In this document: positions 17,994-26,864 of the stretch, piece by piece
Layout of the letters: every line of letters begins with the position of its first letter
How positions within the stretch are numbered: the stretch's first letter is position 1
Assembly: GCA_029856435.1 (NCBI GenBank)
Contig: JAHQXB010000112.1
Coordinates: 1 to 29,549 of the forward strand
Origin: Candidatus Jordarchaeia archaeon
Lineage (GTDB): Archaea > Asgardarchaeota > Jordiarchaeia > Jordiarchaeales > Jordiarchaeaceae
Direction: 5' to 3'
Length of the DNA: 29,549 bases
Translations under genes and position numbers: made by a program
Notes under the pieces: generated by a model
Seen by the model: the letters and a program-made list of their open reading frames with translations, nothing else
Told to the model about the DNA's origin: nothing
Database searches by the model: none

Positions 17994-19086
17994 CCCTCAT
18001 CTTATAGATTTTAGCTGTAACTTGAACCCCTTTGGGCCCCCCGAGGAAACCATCAAAATAATCCTTGAAAACATGAATTACATTATTAATTATCCTGATG
18101 ATCAATGCACCCATTTGAAATCAACACTGTCAGACCATCTTGACGTACCTTTGAGGAACATAATTGTGGGTTGTGGATCCACTGAGTTAATTAAAGCGTT
18201 TGCTGAAGCGTTCGTAAAGCAGAATGACCATGTAATAGTCTGTTCCCCCACCTACGATGAGTATGCTTTTTACTGCCAATTTATGGGAGGAATCGTTGAT
18301 AGAGTTCCCCTCAGGGAGGATAAAGAATTTTTCTTAGAGGCTGAGTCTCTCTTTGAGCTGGTTGATGGTAGTACTAGGGCAGTTTTTCTATGTAACCCCA
18401 ATAATCCCACTAGTAGGTTTGAGAGCAAAAATAAAATTTTAGAGGTGGTGGAGGAGTGTGAAAATAAAAGTGTCATGGTTTTTATTGATGAGGCGTTCAT
18501 TGATTTTCTTAGGGAGGGGAAGAGCAACTCTTGTGTTTCTGAGGTGCAAAACCATGATAATCTTTTCGTTTCCCGCTCTTTAACCAAAATTTTCAGCATA
18601 CCCGGCGTTAGAGTTGGGTATGGGGTAGGCGGAGAAGAAATAATAAAGTATATGGATAAGGCGCGTTTGTCATGGAATGTTGGTATACTTGAACAGGCCT
18701 TAGCATGTGGGCTGATTGGTGATTGCCATTCCTATTTGGAGAGAACTGTGAGATTTGTTGAAACTGAAAAAAGGAGGATGTATGAGAAACTTTCCTGTAT
18801 TGGGGGGTATCAGCCTGTTAGGCCAGATGCCAACTTTATTTTTGTTAAAATTAAGGAGTTGGGTGTCAACAGCACTGATTTCAAGAACATTATGTTGACT
18901 CATGGATTTCTCATAAGAGACTGCAGCTCTTTTGGCGAGGCTTTCTCGAATTATATTAGAATAGCCATAAAGAAAAGTGAACAGAATGCCGGTCTCCTAG
19001 AAAAGCTAAAAGCGGTCTCTGAAGAGATACTGTCCAGTGGCAGAAAAAAATTTGAAGCGCCAGAAAAGTCAATAAGTAAGTGTTAA
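17905..19086 (+). CDS. cobD: L-threonine-O-3-phosphate decarboxylase
   Basis: HGG...DFSCNLNPFGP, GCGSTELI, CNPNNPT, FIDEAFIDF, RSLTKIFSIPGVRVGY (PLP lysine), LIRDCSSF; cob context; start may be 17929. Confidence 0.85.
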   Translation: MVVCLIRKMVRRELLHLVRPQHGGEVWEHSPHLIDFSCNLNPFGPPEETIKIILENMNYIINYPDDQCTHLKSTLSDHLDVPLRNIIVGCGSTELIKAFAEAFVKQNDHVIVCSPTYDEYAFYCQFMGGIVDRVPLREDKEFFLEAESLFELVDGSTRAVFLCNPNNPTSRFESKNKILEVVEECENKSVMVFIDEAFIDFLREGKSNSCVSEVQNHDNLFVSRSLTKIFSIPGVRVGYGVGGEEIIKYMDKARLSWNVGILEQALACGLIGDCHSYLERTVRFVETEKRRMYEKLSCIGGYQPVRPDANFIFVKIKELGVNSTDFKNIMLTHGFLIRDCSSFGEAFSNYIRIAIKKSEQNAGLLEKLKAVSEEILSSGRKKFEAPEKSISKC

Positions 19087-19118
19087 TCCAATTCTCAGAG
19101 GATCTCTGGGGCTTCTAG

Positions 19119-20144
19119 ATGGAACTAGCGAATCTTGTTTACCCTCTTGGAATTATTGTGATTGCCTTGACTGTTGACCTTGTACTTGGAGAGCCGCCCA
19201 GAAAAATTCATCCCACAATATGGATGGGGCGTCTCATCTCACTAATTGATAGGAGAATACCTCGGGGAAACCATACCCAAGAAAAAGTTTTGGGCATTTT
19301 CCTCGCCATTTTCACCACTTCCCTTTTTCTGCTTTCTACCATTCTAGCGTTAACCCTAGTCAGATTCATGTTAGGCAAAATTGCCTGGGTGCTTGTTGCC
19401 TCCCTCCTTTTTAAGTCAACCTTTGCCATAAAAGATATGGAGAGGCATGCAACTCCCATAATTCATGAACTCTTGAATGGCAACCTTCCTAGTGCTCGGG
19501 AGCGGGTGTCCCGCATAGTGGGCCGGGATGTAACCAACCTAGATGAACCACACATCTTATCCGCTACTGTGGAAAGCATCTCTGAAAGTATTGTAGACGG
19601 CTTTTTTTCTCCGTTTCTATTTTTCTCCTTTTTGGGTGTTCCGGGCGCAATTTTTTTCCGCTCAGTAAATACTCTGGACTCAATGGTAGGCTATAAGACT
19701 GAGAAACATAAGAATGTTGGTTGGTTTTCAGCGCGTCTCGATGATTTTGCAAACTGGCTTTCTGCAAGAGCCTCCGTTCCCTTCATAGCGCTAGCTTCCA
19801 AGTTACTGGGAGCAGATTGGAGGAATTGCTTAAAGGTAGCTTTGAGGGATCACAGAAAAACTAAGAGTCCCAATGGAGGGTGGCCAATGGCGGCCATGGC
19901 TGGCGCCCTACATGTTCGCCTTGAAAAGATAGGTTACCACATATTGGGGGAGGAATACCCGTTTCCCAGATTTAGAGAAACAGAAGAAGCCATTAAGATA
20001 ATGAAAGTCTCCTGCTTGCTCTTTACACTATCCCTATCGCCCGTAGCTATATTTTTGGGAATTTTTGTACAGGTGCTGATTGAAAATTTTCTCATAAAAC
20101 TCTTAATAAATGCTTTAGGTTGGGGTTTATTTTGCCTGATATAA
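19119..20144 (+). CDS. cbiB: Adenosylcobinamide-phosphate synthase
   Basis: DLVLGEPPRKIHP, ARERVSRIVGRD, ESISESIVDGFFSP, VNTLDSMVGYK, SARLDD.ANW, SPNGGWPMAAMAGAL. Confidence 0.93.
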   Translation: MELANLVYPLGIIVIALTVDLVLGEPPRKIHPTIWMGRLISLIDRRIPRGNHTQEKVLGIFLAIFTTSLFLLSTILALTLVRFMLGKIAWVLVASLLFKSTFAIKDMERHATPIIHELLNGNLPSARERVSRIVGRDVTNLDEPHILSATVESISESIVDGFFSPFLFFSFLGVPGAIFFRSVNTLDSMVGYKTEKHKNVGWFSARLDDFANWLSARASVPFIALASKLLGADWRNCLKVALRDHRKTKSPNGGWPMAAMAGALHVRLEKIGYHILGEEYPFPRFRETEEAIKIMKVSCLLFTLSLSPVAIFLGIFVQVLIENFLIKLLINALGWGLFCLI

Positions 20145-21232
20145 GTGTGGAATTAATTGAGTCAAGCAAGGGCTGCTGTGCACTTGTGAGTCTACCTAAA
20201 ATTTATAGAGCTGTGAGTTCCGCCCCGTTGGGATTCGGCATCATAAGTGTGGATAAGATCCTCATTCTTCAAGTTCCCAAGGACTATGATTCGGAGCGGC
20301 CAGAGGACGAACTCCAAGAGCTAATTGACCATTTAAAACTTGGAAAAAACACTGTGGGGCTAATGACCGCCGCAGAATTGAAAAAGGTATTAACAGTCAC
20401 GCAACAAGCGCTAGATGATTTACACATCACCGTGGTTGCCACCGCGGGTGTTTCAAACGCCCTAATAGCGGGAGAGGATCCCTTCAAAAAAAAGGGTGAG
20501 AGGAAGCACTCTGGAACTATTAACATAATTGCTCTAGTTAATAAAGCATTGACCGACGGAGCCTTGGTAAACGCAGTCATCACCGCGACGGAGGCGAAGA
20601 GTGTGGCTCTGAGAAGCCTTGGTTTTGCGGCAAGCGGAACAACTACCGACAGCATAGTTATTGCCTGTCCCTCCAATGGGAGAAAGCTGAGATATGCTGG
20701 AACAGCTACAGATGTGGGAATTCTTTTATCCCGGGCAGTTAAACAAGCGGTTATAGAATCGTTAACAAAAGCCGGAGAAGCGAAAAGCAGAAGTTTTATG
20801 GACAAACTCTGCGAGCGTGGAATAACAATGGAAAATTTGTTGGAGGCAGCTATGGAACTCCACATTCCAAACCCTGAACACAGCGCCGAAGAAATAGGGA
20901 AATTTTTTGTGGAGGAGATTAACAGGTTAACAGGCGATGTGAACATTAACTCCCTAGTTTGCTCAGCTATGTTTCTTGAAGACCTTGGTTCAAGCGGGGG
21001 AATCTATGGGCTTAGTGTAGACGACTTCAAGAAGGATCCAGTTCATATTCTGGCGGATGAAATACTGGGGATGGCTATTGCTGAGTACATTGCTGGAACA
21101 AAGGGCCTTTTAAACTATGTCCGATACGACAGAAAGAAGCCAGGCATAATTGCCACCTTGGGGCCTTTTCTAGACGACGTTGTAGCTTCGCTGGTGGGAG
21201 GAATCATGTCCAATATATACTCAAAACTCTAA
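20120..21232 (+). CDS. cbiS: Bifunctional adenosylcobinamide amidohydrolase (CbiZ)/alpha-ribazole phosphatase (CobZ) fusion, CbiS-type
   Basis: N-terminal VGLMTAA, ATAGVSNA, GTINII, ATEAK, ASGTTTDSIVIA (CbiZ); C-terminal DVNINSL, DPVHILADEILG..IAEYIAGTKG, RYDRKKPG, GPFLDD (archaeal CobZ). Confidence 0.85.
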   Translation: MGFILPDISVELIESSKGCCALVSLPKIYRAVSSAPLGFGIISVDKILILQVPKDYDSERPEDELQELIDHLKLGKNTVGLMTAAELKKVLTVTQQALDDLHITVVATAGVSNALIAGEDPFKKKGERKHSGTINIIALVNKALTDGALVNAVITATEAKSVALRSLGFAASGTTTDSIVIACPSNGRKLRYAGTATDVGILLSRAVKQAVIESLTKAGEAKSRSFMDKLCERGITMENLLEAAMELHIPNPEHSAEEIGKFFVEEINRLTGDVNINSLVCSAMFLEDLGSSGGIYGLSVDDFKKDPVHILADEILGMAIAEYIAGTKGLLNYVRYDRKKPGIIATLGPFLDDVVASLVGGIMSNIYSKL

Positions 21233-21233
21233 A

Positions 21234-22040
21234 ATGGAGTATGCGGAAATGGGAGCTATAGAAGGCTTAAAAACACTAGTAGCCATGTTTACTGTGATTC
21301 CTGTGAGAAAGAGCCAATTCTCTGAGGAGACAGTAAAGTATTTGCCCCTAACCATCATTATAGGCGCCTTTTATGGAATTTTGGCTGGAATAGTCTACGT
21401 TGGATTGGCGCTTATACTTCCCACTTTCGCCTCAGCTGCGATTATGCTTCTAACCGTGCATTTACTGAACGGCTTTTTCCATGTGGACGGGCTCACAGAT
21501 TTTGGAGATGGAATCGCAGCATTTGGAGACAAGAAGAAGAGGCTAAGCGCTATGAAGGATGTCCGAGTGGGAGCTGGAGGACTAATCCTTGCACTCCTAA
21601 CAACAATAGCAACGGTGTCACTCTACAGCGTATTACCATACATTCAACTATTCCTACTCGTCTTTGCGATAGAGGTTTTGTGCAAAAATTCCCTACTGGC
21701 ATGCGCCACTCTCGGTAAATCCCACGAATCCGGAATAGGCAAACAATTCGTGGAGGGAATGAACAAGAAAAGACTTTTGGCATCCACCCTACTGTCACTA
21801 GCATTCCTAATTCTCATAATGTTCATCTACAATTATTTTCTCTACATCAGTATGGCTTGTGAAGTAAAACTTTTCCTCCTATTCTCACCCGTACTATCCG
21901 TTATTTCCGGGGCCTCCTTTGCTGTTCTCTCCAACAGGATCTTTGGTTGTGTCACTGGTGATGTGCTGGGTGCTTCGCACGAGATTTCCAGACTCATTTT
22001 ACTAACATTAATCGTGGCGGTGATTTCACTATATGCATAA
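21234..22040 (+). CDS. cobS: Adenosylcobinamide-GDP ribazoletransferase (cobalamin synthase)
   Basis: FTVIP, GFFHVDGLTDFGDG, AMKDVRVGAGG, FGCVTGDVLGASHE; multi-TM. Confidence 0.92.
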   Translation: MEYAEMGAIEGLKTLVAMFTVIPVRKSQFSEETVKYLPLTIIIGAFYGILAGIVYVGLALILPTFASAAIMLLTVHLLNGFFHVDGLTDFGDGIAAFGDKKKRLSAMKDVRVGAGGLILALLTTIATVSLYSVLPYIQLFLLVFAIEVLCKNSLLACATLGKSHESGIGKQFVEGMNKKRLLASTLLSLAFLILIMFIYNYFLYISMACEVKLFLLFSPVLSVISGASFAVLSNRIFGCVTGDVLGASHEISRLILLTLIVAVISLYA

Positions 22041-22692
22041 GATTGATGGTCTCATTATGGCTGGGGGAAGAAGCTTAAGAATTAAAGAACTTGGAGAAAA
22101 ACCAATAATACGCCTAAATGGGCGTCCCCTGATAGACTATGTGTTGAAGGCAATGAGCGAATCGAAACTCATCAAGAGCATTCACGTAACTGTAAGTTCA
22201 CACACAAAAAACACCACAGATTATCTAAAAAGGGTTAAGAAATACCATTTTCAAATAGTTCAAACTCCCGGAGCAGGCTACATAGAAGACCTGCGATACG
22301 CCATTAACCTTTCCGGAATGTCTGATGTGCTTGTTTGTCCCGCAGACATCCCATTTCTCAGGGGAAAACTACTAGACCTAGTGGTAGAAGAGTTCTTCAG
22401 GGTTGGCAAATCCTCACTTGTAACCGTAGTTCCTCTAGAAATGGTGCAAAGTTTGGGTCTAGAACCCACAACCATAATGAAAATAGATGAATTGGATATG
22501 GTGCCCACGGGGGTAAACGTTGTTAAAGGAGAAAAACTAGTCACTGGTGCAACCCTTGATGAGGGCTACTTTAAAGTAAACCGCAAAGAATTTGCCATTA
22601 ACATAAATAGCAGGAGAGATCTAAAAATCGCCGAAAAAATACTCAAAAAAAGCCTGAAAAATTCAACCCACAAGATTTATGAGCCATGTTAA
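22033..22692 (+). CDS. cobY: GTP:adenosylcobinamide-phosphate guanylyltransferase
   Basis: LIMAGG, EKP, GRPLIDYV, TPGAGYIEDL, PADIPFL, PTGVNVV, NINSRRDL. Confidence 0.85.
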   Translation: MHKIDGLIMAGGRSLRIKELGEKPIIRLNGRPLIDYVLKAMSESKLIKSIHVTVSSHTKNTTDYLKRVKKYHFQIVQTPGAGYIEDLRYAINLSGMSDVLVCPADIPFLRGKLLDLVVEEFFRVGKSSLVTVVPLEMVQSLGLEPTTIMKIDELDMVPTGVNVVKGEKLVTGATLDEGYFKVNRKEFAININSRRDLKIAEKILKKSLKNSTHKIYEPC

Positions 22693-22745
22693 ATCCACTT
22701 GTTAAAAAAAGGCTCTTAACAGCCACATTTTTTAGAGGTGATTAA

Positions 22746-23444
22746 TTGCCTGATTTTTGGGAAGTGCTCTACACCAGAAGAAGTATTCGAGAGTTCAAAA
22801 AAGGGGCTCCCGTGGAACCCTGGAAAATAGAAAAAATATTAGATGCCGCCAGGTGGGCTCCTAGCCCGGAAAATATGCAGTACTGGAGAATGGTTTTGGT
22901 AAGAGACCAAGAAATGAAGGAATATATCGCAGACATGGCCCAGGAGCATGGAGCAACGGTTTTTGGAAACTTTCCCTACGAAATAGTTGAAGATAGACTC
23001 TGGTACATTCCAGAAAAATCGAGAGCGGCAGTAATTGAGAGAGCATATGACGGTACACTTTTCAGGTATCCGGAAGACGCAGACACAGTAATAGTTCCCT
23101 GCGCCAACACCACCGCTTTTGATATAACTCCTGCGTACCCCTCCTCCACCGAAGTAATGGTTGTGTCCACAAGCATGGCCATCCAAAACATGTGGCTTGC
23201 CACAAGGGCCCTTAACCTTGGAATGGGTTACGACGCTTTACCCTGCGGTGACCATCGAAGGCGTGAAAAATTAGCTGACAAACTGGGATTACCCCGAGGA
23301 GTTTTCCCACTAACCACCCTAGCTGTCGGCGTACCCCTATTCCCAAGAACAGCAACACCAGCCCGCTACCCTCTGGAAGGCATAGTCTACGAGGAATACT
23401 GGGGCAACCCCTACAAAAGATTAGCATTCAGAAAAAAGGGATGA
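22746..23444 (+). CDS. Nitroreductase-family flavoprotein
   Basis: TRRSIREF, ILDAARWAPS.ENMQYW, MAIQNMWLATRALNLGMG; SD GAGGTGA before TTG. Confidence 0.85.
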   Translation: MPDFWEVLYTRRSIREFKKGAPVEPWKIEKILDAARWAPSPENMQYWRMVLVRDQEMKEYIADMAQEHGATVFGNFPYEIVEDRLWYIPEKSRAAVIERAYDGTLFRYPEDADTVIVPCANTTAFDITPAYPSSTEVMVVSTSMAIQNMWLATRALNLGMGYDALPCGDHRRREKLADKLGLPRGVFPLTTLAVGVPLFPRTATPARYPLEGIVYEEYWGNPYKRLAFRKKG

Positions 23445-23698
23445 TTAAAATGACCTCCATAAATATAAACTTGAGCGACAAAACTCTCAAGTATTTACAG
23501 GACTTCTCAAAGGAATCCAATATTGACCTAGAAAAACTTTGCGAAGTAATACTGGACACATTTGTCGATTTTGGGGGGCGCCTCTTCACTGGAGACTGGC
23601 GGGAAGGAATTCGCCTCGTAATTGATTGGCCTTCCAAACTCCACTTCGCAATAGTAAAAATTAGAAAAGAAGAAATGCAAAAAACTAGGGAGGTTTAA
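23441..23698 (+). CDS. Small protein with an N-terminal ribbon-helix-helix-like motif
   Basis: SININLSDKTLKYLQDFSKESNIDLEKLCEVIL fits the RHH strand-helix-helix pattern; ATGA overlap with the nitroreductase. Confidence 0.55.
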   Translation: MIKMTSININLSDKTLKYLQDFSKESNIDLEKLCEVILDTFVDFGGRLFTGDWREGIRLVIDWPSKLHFAIVKIRKEEMQKTREV

Positions 23699-23700
23699 AA

Positions 23701-23943
23701 TTGGCAGAATGGTTAGCAAAACCCAAAGCTACAAAAGAAGACCTCACACCCTATTTTAGAAATTTAAAAACACTTGCAGACACCCTTGTAGAAGACAGAC
23801 TACCGAGAATAATACTAACCCTAAACCAAGAACTCTCACAAAAATTTTTCCAGGCAGTAAAAAAGAAGTACGGTAGCATAACACCCTCAAACGTTGAAAA
23901 AGCAGCAATGGACGCAATCAAAAAATGGACAGAAAGCATCTAG
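23701..23943 (+). CDS. Small protein with a C-terminal RHH-like motif
   Basis: IILTLNQELSQKFFQAVKKKYG....VEKAAMDAIKKW resembles archaeal CopG/RHH proteins; 2 bp after the preceding stop. Confidence 0.55.
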   Translation: MAEWLAKPKATKEDLTPYFRNLKTLADTLVEDRLPRIILTLNQELSQKFFQAVKKKYGSITPSNVEKAAMDAIKKWTESI

Positions 23944-23954
23944 GAGGAACCGCA

Positions 23955-24338
23955 TTGACAAAAATAAAAGAAAGCATCCAAGCAATGGTTCAAGCCATCA
24001 ACAAAAGCCCCAACGCAAAAAAAGCAATAAAAAAATGGATATCAACATACGACGGAAAAATAATCTCCTTCCACCTAGGGGAAGAAAAATTTCACATAAT
24101 ATTCTCAGAAGAAGAAACAAGAATACAAGACGGAGAATACCCCAGCCCCGACGCAACCCTAGTAACCAGCCCCCAAGCCTTCCAAAACCTCATAAACACC
24201 CCCCTAAACATAAAAAACATGCTAAAATCAGGAGAAATCGAAGTCTGGGGGAACCTACACGAATTCCTAGCCCTACTACAGCAAGTCATACTCAGCGACC
24301 TAGACATCCTCAACACCATGCAAGAAGCCCTAAAATAA
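23955..24338 (+). CDS. SCP2 sterol-binding-like domain protein
   Basis: FHIIFSEEETRIQDGEYPSPDATLVTSPQAFQNLI, MLKSGEIEVWGNL (SCP2 pattern); SD GGAGG before TTG 23955. Confidence 0.75.
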   Translation: MTKIKESIQAMVQAINKSPNAKKAIKKWISTYDGKIISFHLGEEKFHIIFSEEETRIQDGEYPSPDATLVTSPQAFQNLINTPLNIKNMLKSGEIEVWGNLHEFLALLQQVILSDLDILNTMQEALK

Positions 24339-24439
24339 CCACCCAAAAACCAATAAAACACTAAAAAGGAAACATGCGGAAAAAGCTTAATTAAGCAATT
24401 TTACAAATGTCCTCATGCTGACAAAGAGGTGTAAAAACC

Positions 24440-25651
24440 ATGACATACCTAATCGGAGAAGCATTAGTCGGCAAGGGACAGGAGGTAGCACACGTCGACC
24501 TACTAGTAGGCGAAAAAGAAGGCCCGGTAGGCACAGCCTTTGCCCAAGGATTGACAAACTTATCCGCAGGACACACCCCCCTACTGGGAGTTATAAGACC
24601 CAACCTCCCACCCAAACCACACGTACTAGTCGTGCCAAAAGTCACAATCAAAAACATGGAGGAGGCAAACAAAATCTTCGGACCAGCCCAAGCCGCAGTC
24701 GCAAAAGCCATAGCAGACGCAGTCGAAGAAGGAATGATCCCCAAAGACAAATTAGACTCTTGGGTAATAATAGCCAGCGTATTCATCCACCCCGAAGCTA
24801 AAGACTACCGAAAAATATACCACTACAATTACTCAGCCACAAAACTAGCCCTCAGCAGAGCCATGTCAAACTACCCACCACTAGAAAAAATCCTCTACGA
24901 CAAAGATAGAGCCGTTCACCCCATTGCCGGACTGAAGGTGCCCCGCCTCTGGCGTCCGCCATACTTGCAAATTGCTTTGGATAATCCTTCCATGGAGCAG
25001 GCCATAAGGGTGATTAAAGAGCTTCCCAGAAGCGACAGGATAATACTGGAGGCAGGTACGCCCCTGATTAAGAGGTACGGTGTGAGTGCTGTGAGTAAAC
25101 TGAGGGAGGTTGCACCAGACATATTCATTATAGCCGACCTTAAAACATTGGACACTGCACAGGTTGAAGTTGATATAGCTTACGAAGAAACTGCGGATGC
25201 AGTAGTTGTATCTGGTCTTGCCAGTAAAGAGTCTATAGACCGTTTCATTTATGAAGCGCGTCGACTGGGCATTTACTCCATAGTTGACATGATGGAAGTA
25301 CCTAACCCAGTGGAGAAGCTTGAGGAGCTTAAAACTTTGCCGGACGTCATCATACTCCACAGAGCCATCGATGTGGAGGCCACCGGCGAGAAGCCCCGAT
25401 GGCACCTCATCAAAGAAATTAAGGAGAAGGTTGTGAAAGACAACAAAATGCTTTTTGCGGTGGCTGGTGGCATAACGCCCGAAACAGCACCAGAAGCCCT
25501 CAAAGCTGGAGCCGACATTCTAATCGTTGGAAGATACATAACGCAAAGCAAGGACATAGAACGCGCAACACGCGAATTCATAGAGGTGTTTGTAAGAGAA
25601 GTGCCGAAGGAGCCAGGGGACGTGGACTTGTTCAGGTATCACGTCGAATAA
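24440..25651 (+). CDS. fae-hps: Bifunctional formaldehyde-activating enzyme/3-hexulose-6-phosphate synthase
   Basis: Fae: [56 protein letters not shown]. Hps: [44 protein letters not shown]. Confidence 0.93.
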   Translation: MTYLIGEALVGKGQEVAHVDLLVGEKEGPVGTAFAQGLTNLSAGHTPLLGVIRPNLPPKPHVLVVPKVTIKNMEEANKIFGPAQAAVAKAIADAVEEGMIPKDKLDSWVIIASVFIHPEAKDYRKIYHYNYSATKLALSRAMSNYPPLEKILYDKDRAVHPIAGLKVPRLWRPPYLQIALDNPSMEQAIRVIKELPRSDRIILEAGTPLIKRYGVSAVSKLREVAPDIFIIADLKTLDTAQVEVDIAYEETADAVVVSGLASKESIDRFIYEARRLGIYSIVDMMEVPNPVEKLEELKTLPDVIILHRAIDVEATGEKPRWHLIKEIKEKVVKDNKMLFAVAGGITPETAPEALKAGADILIVGRYITQSKDIERATREFIEVFVREVPKEPGDVDLFRYHVE

Positions 25652-26864
25652 ATATTTGTATGTATTTAGCTGTTGTGATTGAATAGTGGATATTGGGCTT
25701 TAAACCCCGAAGGAAAGCTTATTTAGACCTGTTAATGTCATATGTTTAATAAACACTCCCGAGTACTGTTTTCATGTGGCACCCCATCCTTTTCACCCTG
25801 CCCCGGCAACCTCACCAGCCTCAATTTTATAAATAATGGTGTTAAAAAAAGGGAATACCCCTTTTTCCCCCAAAAGACCGCTACAAAAACACACCCCACA
25901 GAAGGAAGCGCCCCCTAAACATATAGGCTAATGTTTCCCACCCTGGAAAAGAAGCCAAAATAGCCCTCATTTCGGGGAAAGGAAGCATATACACCAGATT
26001 GACTTCTAGGAGCCAAACACTTATACGCTAAAGCGCTTCAGACAACAAAGAATGAGAACCTAAAGTTTTTTTATGGTAAGCTTGAATGATGCTAAATTTG
26101 TTATCTGATAAAAAAGTCACCGGTCTCAAAAAGCATTACCTACTGATCTTAATATTTATTTAAAATTTTATAGTTTAGAAAGTAATGGGAGGAAAAAATA
26201 AGCGGATGTTCATGGACCAAGGGGGATAATTGCGTTGGCCGTAATCCTTATGGTCTTAGCTGTGGTGGGATTTGCTACAGGAGTAGAGATTGGAATGGAA
26301 TCTTTGCGTCCTATTCTAACTTAATGTACCTAAGCTTACCCCCTGCCTTCAGGCTTTCCATGTATCCATCAATGCTGTTTGGACCATTTCTCTATTGTTT
26401 TTCAGGCACTGCAATCACTCTATTGTTAATGGTTCATAGTTTCGGTTGTCGATTGTCTCGGTTTATTCGGGGGGCTGCCTCATTACCGGTGTGGGCTCAC
26501 TCTGCATGAAGAAGTGGGGATACTACCTAGCTTTGATAAATGTAGTACTTAGAATTAACGGGTGGCTTATTTAAATTACCTTTCGGTACCCTTTCTTTAA
26601 TATTTGATATAGTGATAGTTGTATACCTTTCAAGCGACATAAAACACGAGTTTGAGTGAAATTCCTCTACCATTTTTCTTTATTTTTACAATTTTTCCAT
26701 TAACTGGGGTGCAATTTAATATAATCCTTTAAGATACGAAAAACTTCTTCTTTTTGCTTCATTGTATTGGTGGTGGGTATGTATCGGACTGCATTCCCGC
26801 TTATAAAATAAAAATTAAGTACACAAAAAAATGGGTTAAAAAGTTTGAAACTGGTTTGCTTTTT

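Noticed and set aside
24415-24801. Arg/Ser/Thr-rich alternative-frame ORFs (also 23894-24364, 14058-14354, 12650-13057)
   Set aside because: Shadow ORFs overlapping well-supported genes, favoured by the stop-poor AC/GT-skewed composition
25745-25825. GC-richer stretch considered as tRNA, 5S rRNA or a UGA-readthrough ORF
   Set aside because: No cloverleaf or T-loop, no 5S motifs, and no redox motif or SECIS to support selenocysteine
26324-26509. 61-aa ORF in the fae-aor gap
   Set aside because: No RBS, no family motif, atypical composition
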